Made by a program: the position numbers and the translations under genes
Notes under the pieces: model-generated
What the model was told of the DNA's origin: nothing
Seen by the model: the letters and a program-made list of their open reading frames with translations, nothing else
Database searches by the model: none
Origin: Planctomycetota bacterium
GTDB taxonomy: Bacteria; Planctomycetota; GCA-002687715; DRQF01
Direction: 5' to 3'
DNA: 45,550 nt
Assembly (NCBI GenBank): GCA_027001995.1
Contig: JALTLO010000054.1
Span: 21,056-66,605 of the forward strand
Shown here: positions 18,906-28,211 of the stretch, piece after piece
Layout: each line of letters opens with the position of its first letter
How positions within the stretch are numbered: position 1 is the first letter of the stretch

Positions 18906-19289
18906 CTATGACTTCGGCCCACAAGGCCCGGTGGGATTGTTGCTGGGACAGCAGCCATCTTCTTGCCTCAGTTGTTGGGCGAGCTGGCGGTCGGTGGACA
19001 TTTGAGGGTCATCCTGGGCTTGGAGCTTCCAGGCTTCTTGGATGGCGGCGCTGAACCCCAAGGTTGGTTGGCTCAAGCTGTAGAACACCCAAAGCCCTTG
19101 TTTTCGTCCGACGATGAGTTCGCTGGACTTGAGAATCCGCAAATGCCGTGAGATCGTTGGTTGGGGTTCTCCCAAGACGGTCACCAAGTCGCCCACGCAA
19201 ATCTCCCCGTCTAAGAGGATGTTCAGGATGCGAAGCCGTTGTTGGTCGGCCAGTGCTTTGAAAACGGAAACGGGGCTGTTCTTGATCAT
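18906..19289 (-). CDS. arsR: ArsR/SmtB family transcriptional repressor
   Basis: FKALAD..RLRIL, EICVGDL, QPTISRHLRILK, GLWVFYSL; C-terminal CC; heads the ars operon. Confidence 0.9.
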   Translation of the reverse strand: MIKNSPVSVFKALADQQRLRILNILLDGEICVGDLVTVLGEPQPTISRHLRILKSSELIVGRKQGLWVFYSLSQPTLGFSAAIQEAWKLQAQDDPQMSTDRQLAQQLRQEDGCCPSNNPTGPCGPKS

Positions 19290-19298
19290 GGTGTGAAC

Positions 19299-19320
19299 TA
19301 TATGGTGAAAAATGAATATA
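19299..19320. promoter_or_regulatory. Putative ArsR operator
   Basis: AT-rich imperfect inverted repeat TATATGGTGAAAAATGAATATA about 10 bp upstream of the arsR start. Confidence 0.55.
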
Positions 19321-19366
19321 ACAAGGGTCGAAAAGATTGATCTTTAACTCATTGTCATAGCCGTGT

Positions 19367-20074
19367 TTATGCTGTTTTGTCCGGGATCTTGAAGGTCGTC
19401 GGTAGCCGATGGAGGGGGAGGATGATGGTGATGGTGCCAGCCCCTTGAGTTTCTAAAGCAACCTCAAGACGCCCCTGACAGCGTTGAGCAAATGCCTTCA
19501 CCGTGCTGATCCCCAGGGCCTTGGCGTCTTGTCCCAGGATGACCGCTGGGTTTGTGGGTGGGGTTTGTTCGATTAGGTCTAAATCTATGTCTAGGGGTGC
19601 CCCAGAAATTGTGATGCCCACTTCGTTCTCTGGCAGAAGGGAGGCCGCCACAGAAGGGCAATCTGCACCTTCCTTGGCGAAAGGGTGAATGGCAAAGTAG
19701 AGGGCCAAAGTAAACATGGTTGGGTCCATACGCACCTGAATTGGCTTCGGCCCATCCAGGGCTCCCAAGTTTGCAGTCGTTGGGAAACCCATTGTGGTGA
19801 TGGTTGAGAGAGCATCTTCCATAGCAGCCTTCAGATGGGTCGGTTGGCGGGCGCCTCCTAATTCTTGGGCCAAAGTCGTGAGCCCCTGGGTCTTGGCGTA
19901 AACACCTTCCACCGCCTGCTCCATGTGTTCTAAGGTCTTGCTAACCTGAGGAGCTTGGCGCTTGGCTAAGGCCAACATCCCAACGATCACGGTGAGGTGA
20001 TTGTTGAGTTCATGGCCCAAACTTCCGGCCACGTAGCGTAGGGCCTGGGCCAACATTTGTTGATGTGATTCCAT
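19367..20074 (-). CDS. Histidine-kinase-like protein (HisKA/DHp plus degenerate HATPase), no sensor domain
   Basis: H-box AGSLGHELNNHLTVIVG; remnant LGISTVKAF...GRLEV...GAGTITIILP; no recognisable N-box or DxGxG. Confidence 0.7.
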   Translation of the reverse strand: MESHQQMLAQALRYVAGSLGHELNNHLTVIVGMLALAKRQAPQVSKTLEHMEQAVEGVYAKTQGLTTLAQELGGARQPTHLKAAMEDALSTITTMGFPTTANLGALDGPKPIQVRMDPTMFTLALYFAIHPFAKEGADCPSVAASLLPENEVGITISGAPLDIDLDLIEQTPPTNPAVILGQDAKALGISTVKAFAQRCQGRLEVALETQGAGTITIILPLHRLPTTFKIPDKTA

Positions 20075-20159
20075 GATTGGGCTTTTTGTTGGGCCTTTTT
20101 GCATGCGACGAGGATTCAGCCATAATAGAGGAGAATCTCATCCATTGGAATTACCCACC

Positions 20160-22106
20160 ATGAATACTGCCAAAATCACCAAAAGAACTGTTTGCAGCCG
20201 TGATTGCCCGGATGCCTGTAGCATCCTGGTCGACGTGGAGGATGGTCAGGCCGTGGCCCTGCGAGGAGACCCGGAGGACCCCGTAACAGCGGGATTCTTA
20301 TGTGAACGGACGTCCAAGTTCTTGGCCCGCCAATATTCCGAAGACCGATTCACCACGCCTATGCTTCGGGTGAATGGTGAGCTCAAAGCGATTTCCTGGT
20401 CGGAAGCTCTCGATCTGGCGGCTCAGAAGCTCAAGACTGTCAAGGAGGAATCTGGGGGGCAGGCTATTCTTGATTTTCGCGGTGGTGGGTCCTTGGGCAT
20501 GCTTACCCGGTTGACTTCCGTTTTATTGAATCAATTTGGCCCTGTGACCCAAAAATCCGGTGACATTTGTTCTGGGGCTGGGGAAGCCGCTCAAGTCATG
20601 GATATGGGGATGTGCGAAAGCCACGATATTTTCGATACCTTGAATAGCTCCCTTATCGTTATTTGGGGCAAGGACGTGCATACATCGGGAGTTCATTTGC
20701 TGCCGATTCTCAAGCGCGCTCAAAAGAATGGGTGCAAGCTTGTGGGGATAGATGTGCGGGGGACCAAGCTAAAGGCTCTCTGCGACGATTTCTCTTTGGT
20801 CCGCCCCGGCGGTGATGCGGCTCTGGCCTTTGGTCTCGCCCGACGCTTGTTTGATCAAGGGGGGATCGTCGAGAACGCCCCTGAATTCTGTGATAACTTC
20901 GAATCTTATAAGCAGCTTGTGCATGGCAAGACCGTGCCTGAATGGGCTGAGGAGGCCGGTGTCTCCCTATCTTTCTTGGAAGGTCTGGGGGACGACATGC
21001 AGGGGAGCAAGGCGGTCTCCTTTCAGATTGGTTGGGGGCTTGCGCGCCGCAAGTTTGGCGCCATGACAGTGCGGGCCATTGATGCCCTGGCGGCAGTGAG
21101 TGGAAATTTAGGCATTCCCGGTGGTGGTGCTAATTTCTGCGTTGCTCGCAGTGCTCCTTTCAACAAAGATTTTGGGCTGCCGAAACACGAAGCCCCGCGC
21201 AAACTAAGAGAATCCCTTTTGGGACAGGAGATTTTGGCCTGTGGAGTTGGCGAACATCCCATTCGCCTCATTTGGGTCACGGCTGGTAATCCCATTTCTA
21301 TGCTGCCAGATTCTCTCAAAGTCAAAGAAGCCTTTGAATCGATGGAGTTTGTCGTGGTGGTGGATACCCACCCCACAGACACCACGGATGTGGCTGATTT
21401 GGTTCTGCCTACCCTGACACTTCTGGAAGATGACGATGTTATGGGGGCGTTCGGCAATCACTACCTGCGGGCTTCCACTCCAGCCTTGACACCCCCAGAC
21501 GGACCTAAGCATGAATTTCGTATTGTCCAGGGCTTAGCCGAGCGTTTAGGTTTGGGCGAGATGTTTGAGGGTTCCATTGCTTTGTGGAAGGAGAAGGTGA
21601 CGCAGAGCATCTGCGCCGAAGGCCCCAGTCTCGAAGAATTGCACCAAAACCCCTGCCTGCGCCCCCATGCGAAGCCTGTTCTTTTTCTCGGCCAACGCTT
21701 TCCTACCCCAACTGGTAAGTTTCAGCTGATTGATGATTTCCCCGAACCGGCCCAGGTCGACCCTGAATATCCTCTCACCCTCTTGGCAACGTCATCTCCT
21801 CAGTCTCAGTCGTCCCAGTGGGCCGTTGACCCGGTTGGGATTGCAGATCGGCTACGGGTCCATCCCCAGGGGGCCAAAGGATTTGCTGATGGGGAGCGCG
21901 TTCTTTTGGAAAGTCGCCAAGGGGCCATGGCTGTCACTTTGGTCTTGGACCCTCACCTTCAGCCTCAAGTGGCCTACTTGCCCAAGGGCGGAATGTTGCG
22001 CCATGGTGCTTGCCCCAATGGGTTGATCAAGGCCGTGGAAACCGATTTCGGCGGGGGAGCATCGTACTACGATGAGGCTGTACGGATCAGGGGCTTGCAA
22101 AAGTAG
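20160..22106 (+). CDS. Cytoplasmic Mo-bisPGD oxidoreductase of unknown substrate
   Basis: CSRDCPDAC...GFLC Fe-S motif, GDICSGAG, DTTDVADLVLP, C-terminal molybdopterin-dinucleotide domain; no Tat peptide. Confidence 0.88.
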   Translation: MNTAKITKRTVCSRDCPDACSILVDVEDGQAVALRGDPEDPVTAGFLCERTSKFLARQYSEDRFTTPMLRVNGELKAISWSEALDLAAQKLKTVKEESGGQAILDFRGGGSLGMLTRLTSVLLNQFGPVTQKSGDICSGAGEAAQVMDMGMCESHDIFDTLNSSLIVIWGKDVHTSGVHLLPILKRAQKNGCKLVGIDVRGTKLKALCDDFSLVRPGGDAALAFGLARRLFDQGGIVENAPEFCDNFESYKQLVHGKTVPEWAEEAGVSLSFLEGLGDDMQGSKAVSFQIGWGLARRKFGAMTVRAIDALAAVSGNLGIPGGGANFCVARSAPFNKDFGLPKHEAPRKLRESLLGQEILACGVGEHPIRLIWVTAGNPISMLPDSLKVKEAFESMEFVVVVDTHPTDTTDVADLVLPTLTLLEDDDVMGAFGNHYLRASTPALTPPDGPKHEFRIVQGLAERLGLGEMFEGSIALWKEKVTQSICAEGPSLEELHQNPCLRPHAKPVLFLGQRFPTPTGKFQLIDDFPEPAQVDPEYPLTLLATSSPQSQSSQWAVDPVGIADRLRVHPQGAKGFADGERVLLESRQGAMAVTLVLDPHLQPQVAYLPKGGMLRHGACPNGLIKAVETDFGGGASYYDEAVRIRGLQK

Positions 22107-22126
22107 GAAGAAAGCAGCCGTCTTCG

Positions 22127-23053
22127 CTATTTCTCGATCAAGTTCCAGAGGCGAACCACATAACTCATGGGGCAGTGATCGGCGAAAGCGTTGTCGCCGA
22201 TGATGGCGTTGACGACCCCTTTTTTTGCCCGAATCCTCTTCATTAAACCCGGCAGGCGATTGGTGAGATTGTCTTTGAGTTGGCTCCAAGCATCTGTCCC
22301 GTTGAGGATGGAGCCATCGCGTCGCAGATGAAATATCTGACCTCCATGGCGATAGCCTACCGGTGGCGGGAGTTGGGTCACGGCGTCGTGATCATGAACG
22401 AAACGGTAATGGGGCAGGGGTGGGTAATTCTCGCGGAATGCCAAGTCTCCCACCCGGGGGGAACCGAAGGTGTAGATTTGGCAAGGTTGGTTCCATCTGG
22501 CAGCACCCAAGGTGGCCATGGCGGCTCCCAAGCTATGGCCGGTAAACCATATTTTGCGGCCCTTTCCACGCTTGTTCAGCTCGGCTTCAATGTGGGGCCA
22601 CAAGGAGTCTAATGCTTGCAGAAAGCCTCGATGGACCAGTCCTAAGTCATGGAACGGAGTGCGAGCGATCTTGGCATCGGTGACCAAGTTGTCCAAACTG
22701 TCCATGAGGGTGCCTCGAAAGCAGACAATCAGTTTGTCCTCTCCTCGCACCACCAGGGCGTGGTTGCTCTCTTGGTAAATCGCCAAGGCCCCATCGAAGC
22801 CAGCCCTTTGAAGCTGCTGGTTGACGAAATCCCGATCTGAGATGTAAACGAGAAAGCAGAGCTCTGAAAACCACCAGGCATTGGTCAGATTCATGGTGCG
22901 GGCGTTGTTTTCAAAGGGGTACTTCTGGGCCTCGGAGAAGTAGTCCCAATTCAGGTTGGGAACCCTCAATTCTGACATCGTTCTTGGCATGCTCTTGGGC
23001 AAATCTACGCCTCCCCAACTGTTATTCTCGACATTTAGCTCATGGCGAGCCAT
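22127..23053 (-). CDS. Class 3 lipase family protein
   Basis: VCFRGT, VHRGF, FTGHSLGAA, YTFGSPRVG, DAVTQLPP, DHCPMSY. Confidence 0.9.
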   Translation of the reverse strand: MARHELNVENNSWGGVDLPKSMPRTMSELRVPNLNWDYFSEAQKYPFENNARTMNLTNAWWFSELCFLVYISDRDFVNQQLQRAGFDGALAIYQESNHALVVRGEDKLIVCFRGTLMDSLDNLVTDAKIARTPFHDLGLVHRGFLQALDSLWPHIEAELNKRGKGRKIWFTGHSLGAAMATLGAARWNQPCQIYTFGSPRVGDLAFRENYPPLPHYRFVHDHDAVTQLPPPVGYRHGGQIFHLRRDGSILNGTDAWSQLKDNLTNRLPGLMKRIRAKKGVVNAIIGDNAFADHCPMSYVVRLWNLIEK

Positions 23054-23136
23054 TTACCCCCAACATTTTTACGAAAAGTTGCCAGAAGATTCTCAGAACC
23101 ATTGACCCAAGGACGACAGAGAGGCAACCTCTGGCC

Positions 23137-24636
23137 ATGGGATATGGATTTGTAATAGATCAGCGCAAATGTATTGGCTGCCACGCTTGTACAGTTGCCT
23201 GCAAAGCAGAAAATGAAGTGCCACTGGGCGACTTCAGGACCTGGGTTAAGTACACAGAAAAAGGTGCTTATCCGGACGTCAAACGACACTTTACCGTGCT
23301 TCGCTGCAATCACTGTGATGATGCACCCTGTGTCCAAATCTGTCCGGTGAGCGCTTTGGAGAAACGCCCAGACGCGATCGTCGATCTTAATCGTGATCAA
23401 TGCATAGGTTGTGCCGGTTGCATGCAGGCTTGCCCCTACGATGCCATCTTCATCAATGAAGATAAGGGCACCGCGGAAAAATGCCACTATTGCGCTCACC
23501 GAACGGAAATCGGCTTGGAACCAGCTTGCGTGGTGGTTTGCCCCGAGCAAGCTATCGTTGCAGGTGACGCCGACGATGTCACCACAGAAATTGGCAATAT
23601 TGTTACCAATGAAGAGACCAGCCAACGGAAGGTGGAAAAGGGGACGAAACCAAGAGTCTGGTATGTGGACGCCTTGGAAGAGTCTTTGATCCCTGGATCT
23701 GCTGCTGAACCAGCGGCCTACCTTTGGTCAGAGCGTCGCCAACCGCCACCGGAAGTCCCCCCTGGTTTCGATGTTCCTGAGCATCTGGTGACCACCCTTG
23801 ATGTCAATCACAAACAACATTGGGGCTGGCATGTTTGGTCCTACTTGGTGACCAAGAACATCGCCGCCGGTGCCATGATCTTGGCACCTATCGCCGCCAT
23901 GTGTGGTCTTTCTGCAGGAGATGTGCGGGACTACGCTCCTGAAGTTGTTGGCTTGATTTTCTGGGCCATCACCAACTATCTCTTAGTGGCTGACTTGGGC
24001 CGTCCAGAACGATTTTGGAAGATCATGTTGCAGCCCAACACCAAGTCTTGGTTGGTCAAAGGTGCTTGGGTCTTAACCGCCTATTTTGTCTTGGCGCTAG
24101 GATCTATCGTTTGTCGCTTGGCTGAGCAGAACGATTGGGCGGACACTTTGCGTTGGGTCAACCTGCCCGTAGCTATCATGACTGCGGGTTACAGTGCTTT
24201 TCTCTTCGGCCAATGCAAAGGGCGGGACTTGTGGCTTGAAAGTGGCTTATTTGCCCAACTCTGCATCCGGGCTTCTCTCATGGGAGCCATGATTGGCATG
24301 TTGCTACCCCAGTCTGGAAGCCACAATGTCATGGGTACAGCATTTATCTGGTTGGCCATTGCCACCGCCACGGGAATTGCTTGGGAGCGCCTGCGCTTGG
24401 CCAGAAGTAAGGCCGCAGCAATGTCAGAAGGCATCTTGCGCGCTTCTTTCCGGTCTCAAGCTGGAATGACTTTGATCTACGTCGCAGCGGTTGTTGCTCA
24501 GCTCGCCATGAGCTTTGCTGGCACCGGTGCTGCTTTACATATTCTCCTGGCTGTGGCCGCCGTCACAGCTGTGGTGGGCCTCTTCTCCTACGAACGTGCC
24601 TGGATTCGGGCCGGTCAGGCGGTGCCTAACTCATGA
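23137..24636 (+). CDS. Fused 4x[4Fe-4S] electron-transfer subunit (PsrB/NrfC-like) and NrfD/PsrC membrane anchor
   Basis: CIGCHACTVAC, CNHCDDAPCVQICP, CIGCAGCMQACP, CHYC...ACVVVCP followed by WGW..WSY, LVADLGRPERF, SWL..GAW and TM helices. Confidence 0.9.
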   Translation: MGYGFVIDQRKCIGCHACTVACKAENEVPLGDFRTWVKYTEKGAYPDVKRHFTVLRCNHCDDAPCVQICPVSALEKRPDAIVDLNRDQCIGCAGCMQACPYDAIFINEDKGTAEKCHYCAHRTEIGLEPACVVVCPEQAIVAGDADDVTTEIGNIVTNEETSQRKVEKGTKPRVWYVDALEESLIPGSAAEPAAYLWSERRQPPPEVPPGFDVPEHLVTTLDVNHKQHWGWHVWSYLVTKNIAAGAMILAPIAAMCGLSAGDVRDYAPEVVGLIFWAITNYLLVADLGRPERFWKIMLQPNTKSWLVKGAWVLTAYFVLALGSIVCRLAEQNDWADTLRWVNLPVAIMTAGYSAFLFGQCKGRDLWLESGLFAQLCIRASLMGAMIGMLLPQSGSHNVMGTAFIWLAIATATGIAWERLRLARSKAAAMSEGILRASFRSQAGMTLIYVAAVVAQLAMSFAGTGAALHILLAVAAVTAVVGLFSYERAWIRAGQAVPNS

Positions 24637-27446
24637 ACCAGAATACAGACAGCAATAAAGCGCCTTCGGGCGAAGAATGGAAGATCACTCCTCTGGCGTC
24701 ATTCCCGCCCCCTGAGAAGTGGGATGATTGGGTTGAACTCGATTCGGCTTCTTGGCCAAAAAAGGTCGAGAAACATTATCAGTTGGTGCCCACCACTTGT
24801 TTTAACTGTGAAGCTGCGTGCGGTTTGATTGCCTACATCGACAAAGAGAACGGCAAGATTCGCAAGTTGGAAGGCAACCCCTATCATCCGGGATCTCGAG
24901 GACGCAACTGCGCCAAGGGCCCAGCCACGGTCACGCAGGTCTCGGACGAGGATCGCATTCTCTATCCGATGAAACGGGTGGGAGCCCGGGGGGAAGCCAA
25001 ATTCGAACGCACCACCTGGGATGAAGTCATCAAGACTTTTGGTGCCCGGATTCGCAAGGCCATCCAAGAAAAACGCCTCACGGAAGTCATGTATCACGTG
25101 GGGCGTCCAGGTGCCGATGGTTACATGGATCGGGTGTTGCAGTCTTGGGGTGTGGACGGTCATAACAGCCACACGAATGTCTGCTCGGGGGCGGCTCGCT
25201 TGGGTTACGTCTTGTGGTCAGGCATGGACCGGCCGTCTCCAGATCATGCGCACGCGAAGTTCATTTTGCTGATCTCTTCTCATCTGGAGACTGGACACTA
25301 CTTCAATCCTCATGCCCAGCGCATTATTGAAGCCAAGATGAATGGCGCCAAGATTGCCACGGTTGATGTTCGCTTGTCGAACACGGCCTCTATGAGCGAT
25401 TATTGGATCGCTCCTCATCCAGGTTCGGAAGCTGCCATGCTTTTGGGGCTCTGCCGTATCCTCTTGGAAGAAGACCTCCTCGACCGGGAGTTTGTTCGCC
25501 GTTGGGTCGACTGGAAGACTTACCTCACATCATGTCGGGAAGACTTGCCTCTTGAGTTTGAAAGCTTCATGAGGGCACTCAAAGAAGTCTATGCCACCTA
25601 CACACCCGAGTGGGTTGAGGAAGAATGTGGTGTCTCCGCTCAAACGCTGGTAGAAGTTGGCCGTGAAATTGGTGCCGCCAAGGGTGCTTTTGCTTCCCAT
25701 GTCTGGCGCAACGCCGCATCTGGCAACCGAGGTGGCTGGCAGGTGGCTCGTTGTTTGCAGTTCCTTTGCGTTTTGACTGGTTCTGTGGCCACCAAGGGCG
25801 GAACTGCGATGGCCGCCACTAACAAGTTTGTCGCCGTGCCATTCAAGAAACCGAGTCCTCAAGAAGTCTGGAACGAGCTGCTCTATCCTCCCGAGTGGCC
25901 CCTCTCTCACCATGAGCTGAGTTTCTGCTTGCCTCATTTGGTGCGCGATGGCCGGGGCAAAATCGATACTTATTTCACCCGGGTTTACAATCCTGTGTGG
26001 ACCAATCCCGACGGCTTCGCATGGGTTGAAATGCTCAAGGACGAAAACCTCGTAGGCTTGCACGCCGCTATGACACCGGTGTGGAATGAAACGGCTCTTT
26101 GGGCCGACTATGTCTTGCCTATGGGTTTGGCCCCCGAACGCCACGATTTAGTGTCCCAAGAAACTCATGCCGCCAAATGGGTGAGTTTCAGGCAACCGGT
26201 GCAAAGGGTTGCCGCCGATATTCGTGGCGAAGAAACTGAATGGACTTATGAGACCAATCCCGGCGAAGTTTGGGAAGAAGACGAATTCTGGATTGCCCTG
26301 TCCTGGGAAATTGATCCGGATGGTAGCTTAGGCATTCGTAAGAATTTTGAGTCGCCCTATCGGGATGGCGAACGGATCACCATCGCTGAATACTATCGCT
26401 GGATCTTCGAAAACAGCATCCCCGGTTTGCCAGAAGCGGCAGCGAAGGAAAATCAAACCCCTTACGAATACATGCGCAAGCATGCCTGCTTCGAAGTCGT
26501 GAAGGAAACTTACGAACCCCATGAAAACGAAGTCAACGTGGATGGTGCTGAAAAAGACGAAGCCGGTCGATGGATCAAAGACGGTGCCGCGATCGCTGTG
26601 GATGTTGATGGTAAGAACTGCGCGGGGTTCCCAACCCCCAGCCGAAAACTCGAGTTCTTTTCGTCCACTATGCGGGAGTGGGGCTTAGAGGAACACGCCT
26701 TGCCAGGATATATCCGAAGTCACATTCACCCTTCGAATATAGATCGTTCGAAGAGTGAGTTCGCTTTGGTGCCAACCTTCCGCATTCCTACATTGATTCA
26801 CACCCGCTCCAACAATGCCAAGTGGCTCTATGAAATCTCCAATAACAACCCCGTTTGGATCGGCACCCAAGATGCCGCTGAGATGGGAGTAAAGACTGGC
26901 GATCTCTTGCGGGTCACAACCGCAAGTGGCTACTTTGTGAATCGCGCTTGGGTCACAGAAGGTATTCGCCCCGGCGTTGTCGCCTGCTCTCACCACTTAG
27001 GGCGCTGGCGCCAAAAGAATGGTGTTGGCGGTGACCGCATGGGCTCTGCCCCCGTTGATATTGAGGGCTCTGACGGCAAATGGCTAATCCGCCGGACTGG
27101 CAACATTGAGGCCTACGATTCCAAAGACCCTGACACCAAGCACATTTGGTGGAACGAAGGTGGTGTCCATCAAAACCTCACGTTCTCGTCCCAACCAGAT
27201 CCCATTTCCGGCATGCACTGTTGGCATCACAAAGTTACCGTGACCAAAGCCGAATCTGATGATCGCTACGGCGACGTCTACGCCGACACCAACAAGTCCT
27301 ACGAAGTATTCAAAGAGTGGATGGCCTCATCGCCCATGCCCAAATCAAACAAAGAGAGCAACCTCCGCCGCCCCCTCTGGTTCGCCAGAGCCGTCAAACC
27401 AGCCAAGTCCGCCTACTACAAAAAGTCGGACGACTCAGAAGATTAG
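24633..27446 (+). CDS. Mo-bisPGD oxidoreductase catalytic subunit (PsrA/PhsA-like clade), no Tat signal
   Basis: CFNCEAACG...NCAKG FS0 motif, HNSHTNVCS putative Cys ligand, NETALWADYVLP, GFPTPSRKLEF; ATGA overlap with the upstream gene. Confidence 0.88.
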   Translation: MNQNTDSNKAPSGEEWKITPLASFPPPEKWDDWVELDSASWPKKVEKHYQLVPTTCFNCEAACGLIAYIDKENGKIRKLEGNPYHPGSRGRNCAKGPATVTQVSDEDRILYPMKRVGARGEAKFERTTWDEVIKTFGARIRKAIQEKRLTEVMYHVGRPGADGYMDRVLQSWGVDGHNSHTNVCSGAARLGYVLWSGMDRPSPDHAHAKFILLISSHLETGHYFNPHAQRIIEAKMNGAKIATVDVRLSNTASMSDYWIAPHPGSEAAMLLGLCRILLEEDLLDREFVRRWVDWKTYLTSCREDLPLEFESFMRALKEVYATYTPEWVEEECGVSAQTLVEVGREIGAAKGAFASHVWRNAASGNRGGWQVARCLQFLCVLTGSVATKGGTAMAATNKFVAVPFKKPSPQEVWNELLYPPEWPLSHHELSFCLPHLVRDGRGKIDTYFTRVYNPVWTNPDGFAWVEMLKDENLVGLHAAMTPVWNETALWADYVLPMGLAPERHDLVSQETHAAKWVSFRQPVQRVAADIRGEETEWTYETNPGEVWEEDEFWIALSWEIDPDGSLGIRKNFESPYRDGERITIAEYYRWIFENSIPGLPEAAAKENQTPYEYMRKHACFEVVKETYEPHENEVNVDGAEKDEAGRWIKDGAAIAVDVDGKNCAGFPTPSRKLEFFSSTMREWGLEEHALPGYIRSHIHPSNIDRSKSEFALVPTFRIPTLIHTRSNNAKWLYEISNNNPVWIGTQDAAEMGVKTGDLLRVTTASGYFVNRAWVTEGIRPGVVACSHHLGRWRQKNGVGGDRMGSAPVDIEGSDGKWLIRRTGNIEAYDSKDPDTKHIWWNEGGVHQNLTFSSQPDPISGMHCWHHKVTVTKAESDDRYGDVYADTNKSYEVFKEWMASSPMPKSNKESNLRRPLWFARAVKPAKSAYYKKSDDSED

Positions 27447-27449
27447 AAG

Positions 27450-27488
27450 AGTGGCGCAAAGCTCGTGAGGGCTTTGCGCCACTTCTTT
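27450..27488. terminator. Intrinsic terminator between convergent genes
   Basis: AGTGGCGCAAAGC-TCGTGAGG-GCTTTGCGCCACT 13-bp stem followed by TCTTT. Confidence 0.8.
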
Positions 27489-27489
27489 G

Positions 27490-28188
27490 TCAGGGAGTCA
27501 AGATCGCCACAAGATTGTCAGCGTAGTCAGACTCAGTTATTGCAGCAACGGTTATCCATCTGTCGCTGACCGAGGTACCCGGATTCGTCTTGTCGGCCAA
27601 TTTGCCCCACAGGATTTCGGAAATCAACTTGTCCTCAAAAACGAGTCCGACGCCGGTTTCCCGCAGGTCTGCGAAATTTCCCCTGGATTCCAGCATAGCG
27701 AGATTGAGTGCCCATTCATGTAGCGAAGTCGAAAATCGAACTTGAACGTCCCAGGTGCCGCTGACCGTCGGACTTGCGATTTTCTGCACTTGAACAACGG
27801 CTGGCGAAACGAGGAGATTCTTCATGATCCCGACATTTCACAACGTGTGAATCAAGTTTCTTTCGCCACTCGCGTTTGGAATCCAGTTTCTTATTTCCCA
27901 AACTGTGGTCGAGCCGCTCGGACCTCCTGTTTGATTGGCACCGAATTTCACCAAGGAATGAAATGCCGGTACCGTCGGCGCCAATCCATATTCATATGCA
28001 TTGGAACGCGCATCGACCCATTTCTCTACAACCCCAACGAGGCTTCTCATAGGCGGCATGTCGGGGATGATGGAAGGGTTGGTCCCCGGAGCCTGCGGCT
28101 CAATACCCTCGGATCCAGAGTCAACTGGATGGTCGTTAATAGCAAATAGAGTGCAGACGACTCCGATTGTGGTTGCTAAGTATTTCAT
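27490..28188 (-). pseudogene. Putative secreted hypothetical protein interrupted by one in-frame TGA (27838-27840)
   Basis: ORFs 27838-28215 and 27490-27825 share a frame and read ...HTL*NVGIMKN...; signal-like MKYLATTIGVVCTLFA after GAAGG. Confidence 0.5.
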
Positions 28189-28211
28189 TGTGCCTTCATG
28201 TTTGCCTCTTG

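Noticed and set aside
20160..27446. Calling either Mo enzyme an arsenate reductase (ArrA) or arsenite oxidase (AioA) because of the nearby ars operon
   Set aside because: No Tat peptide, no Rieske subunit, and proximity alone is not evidence
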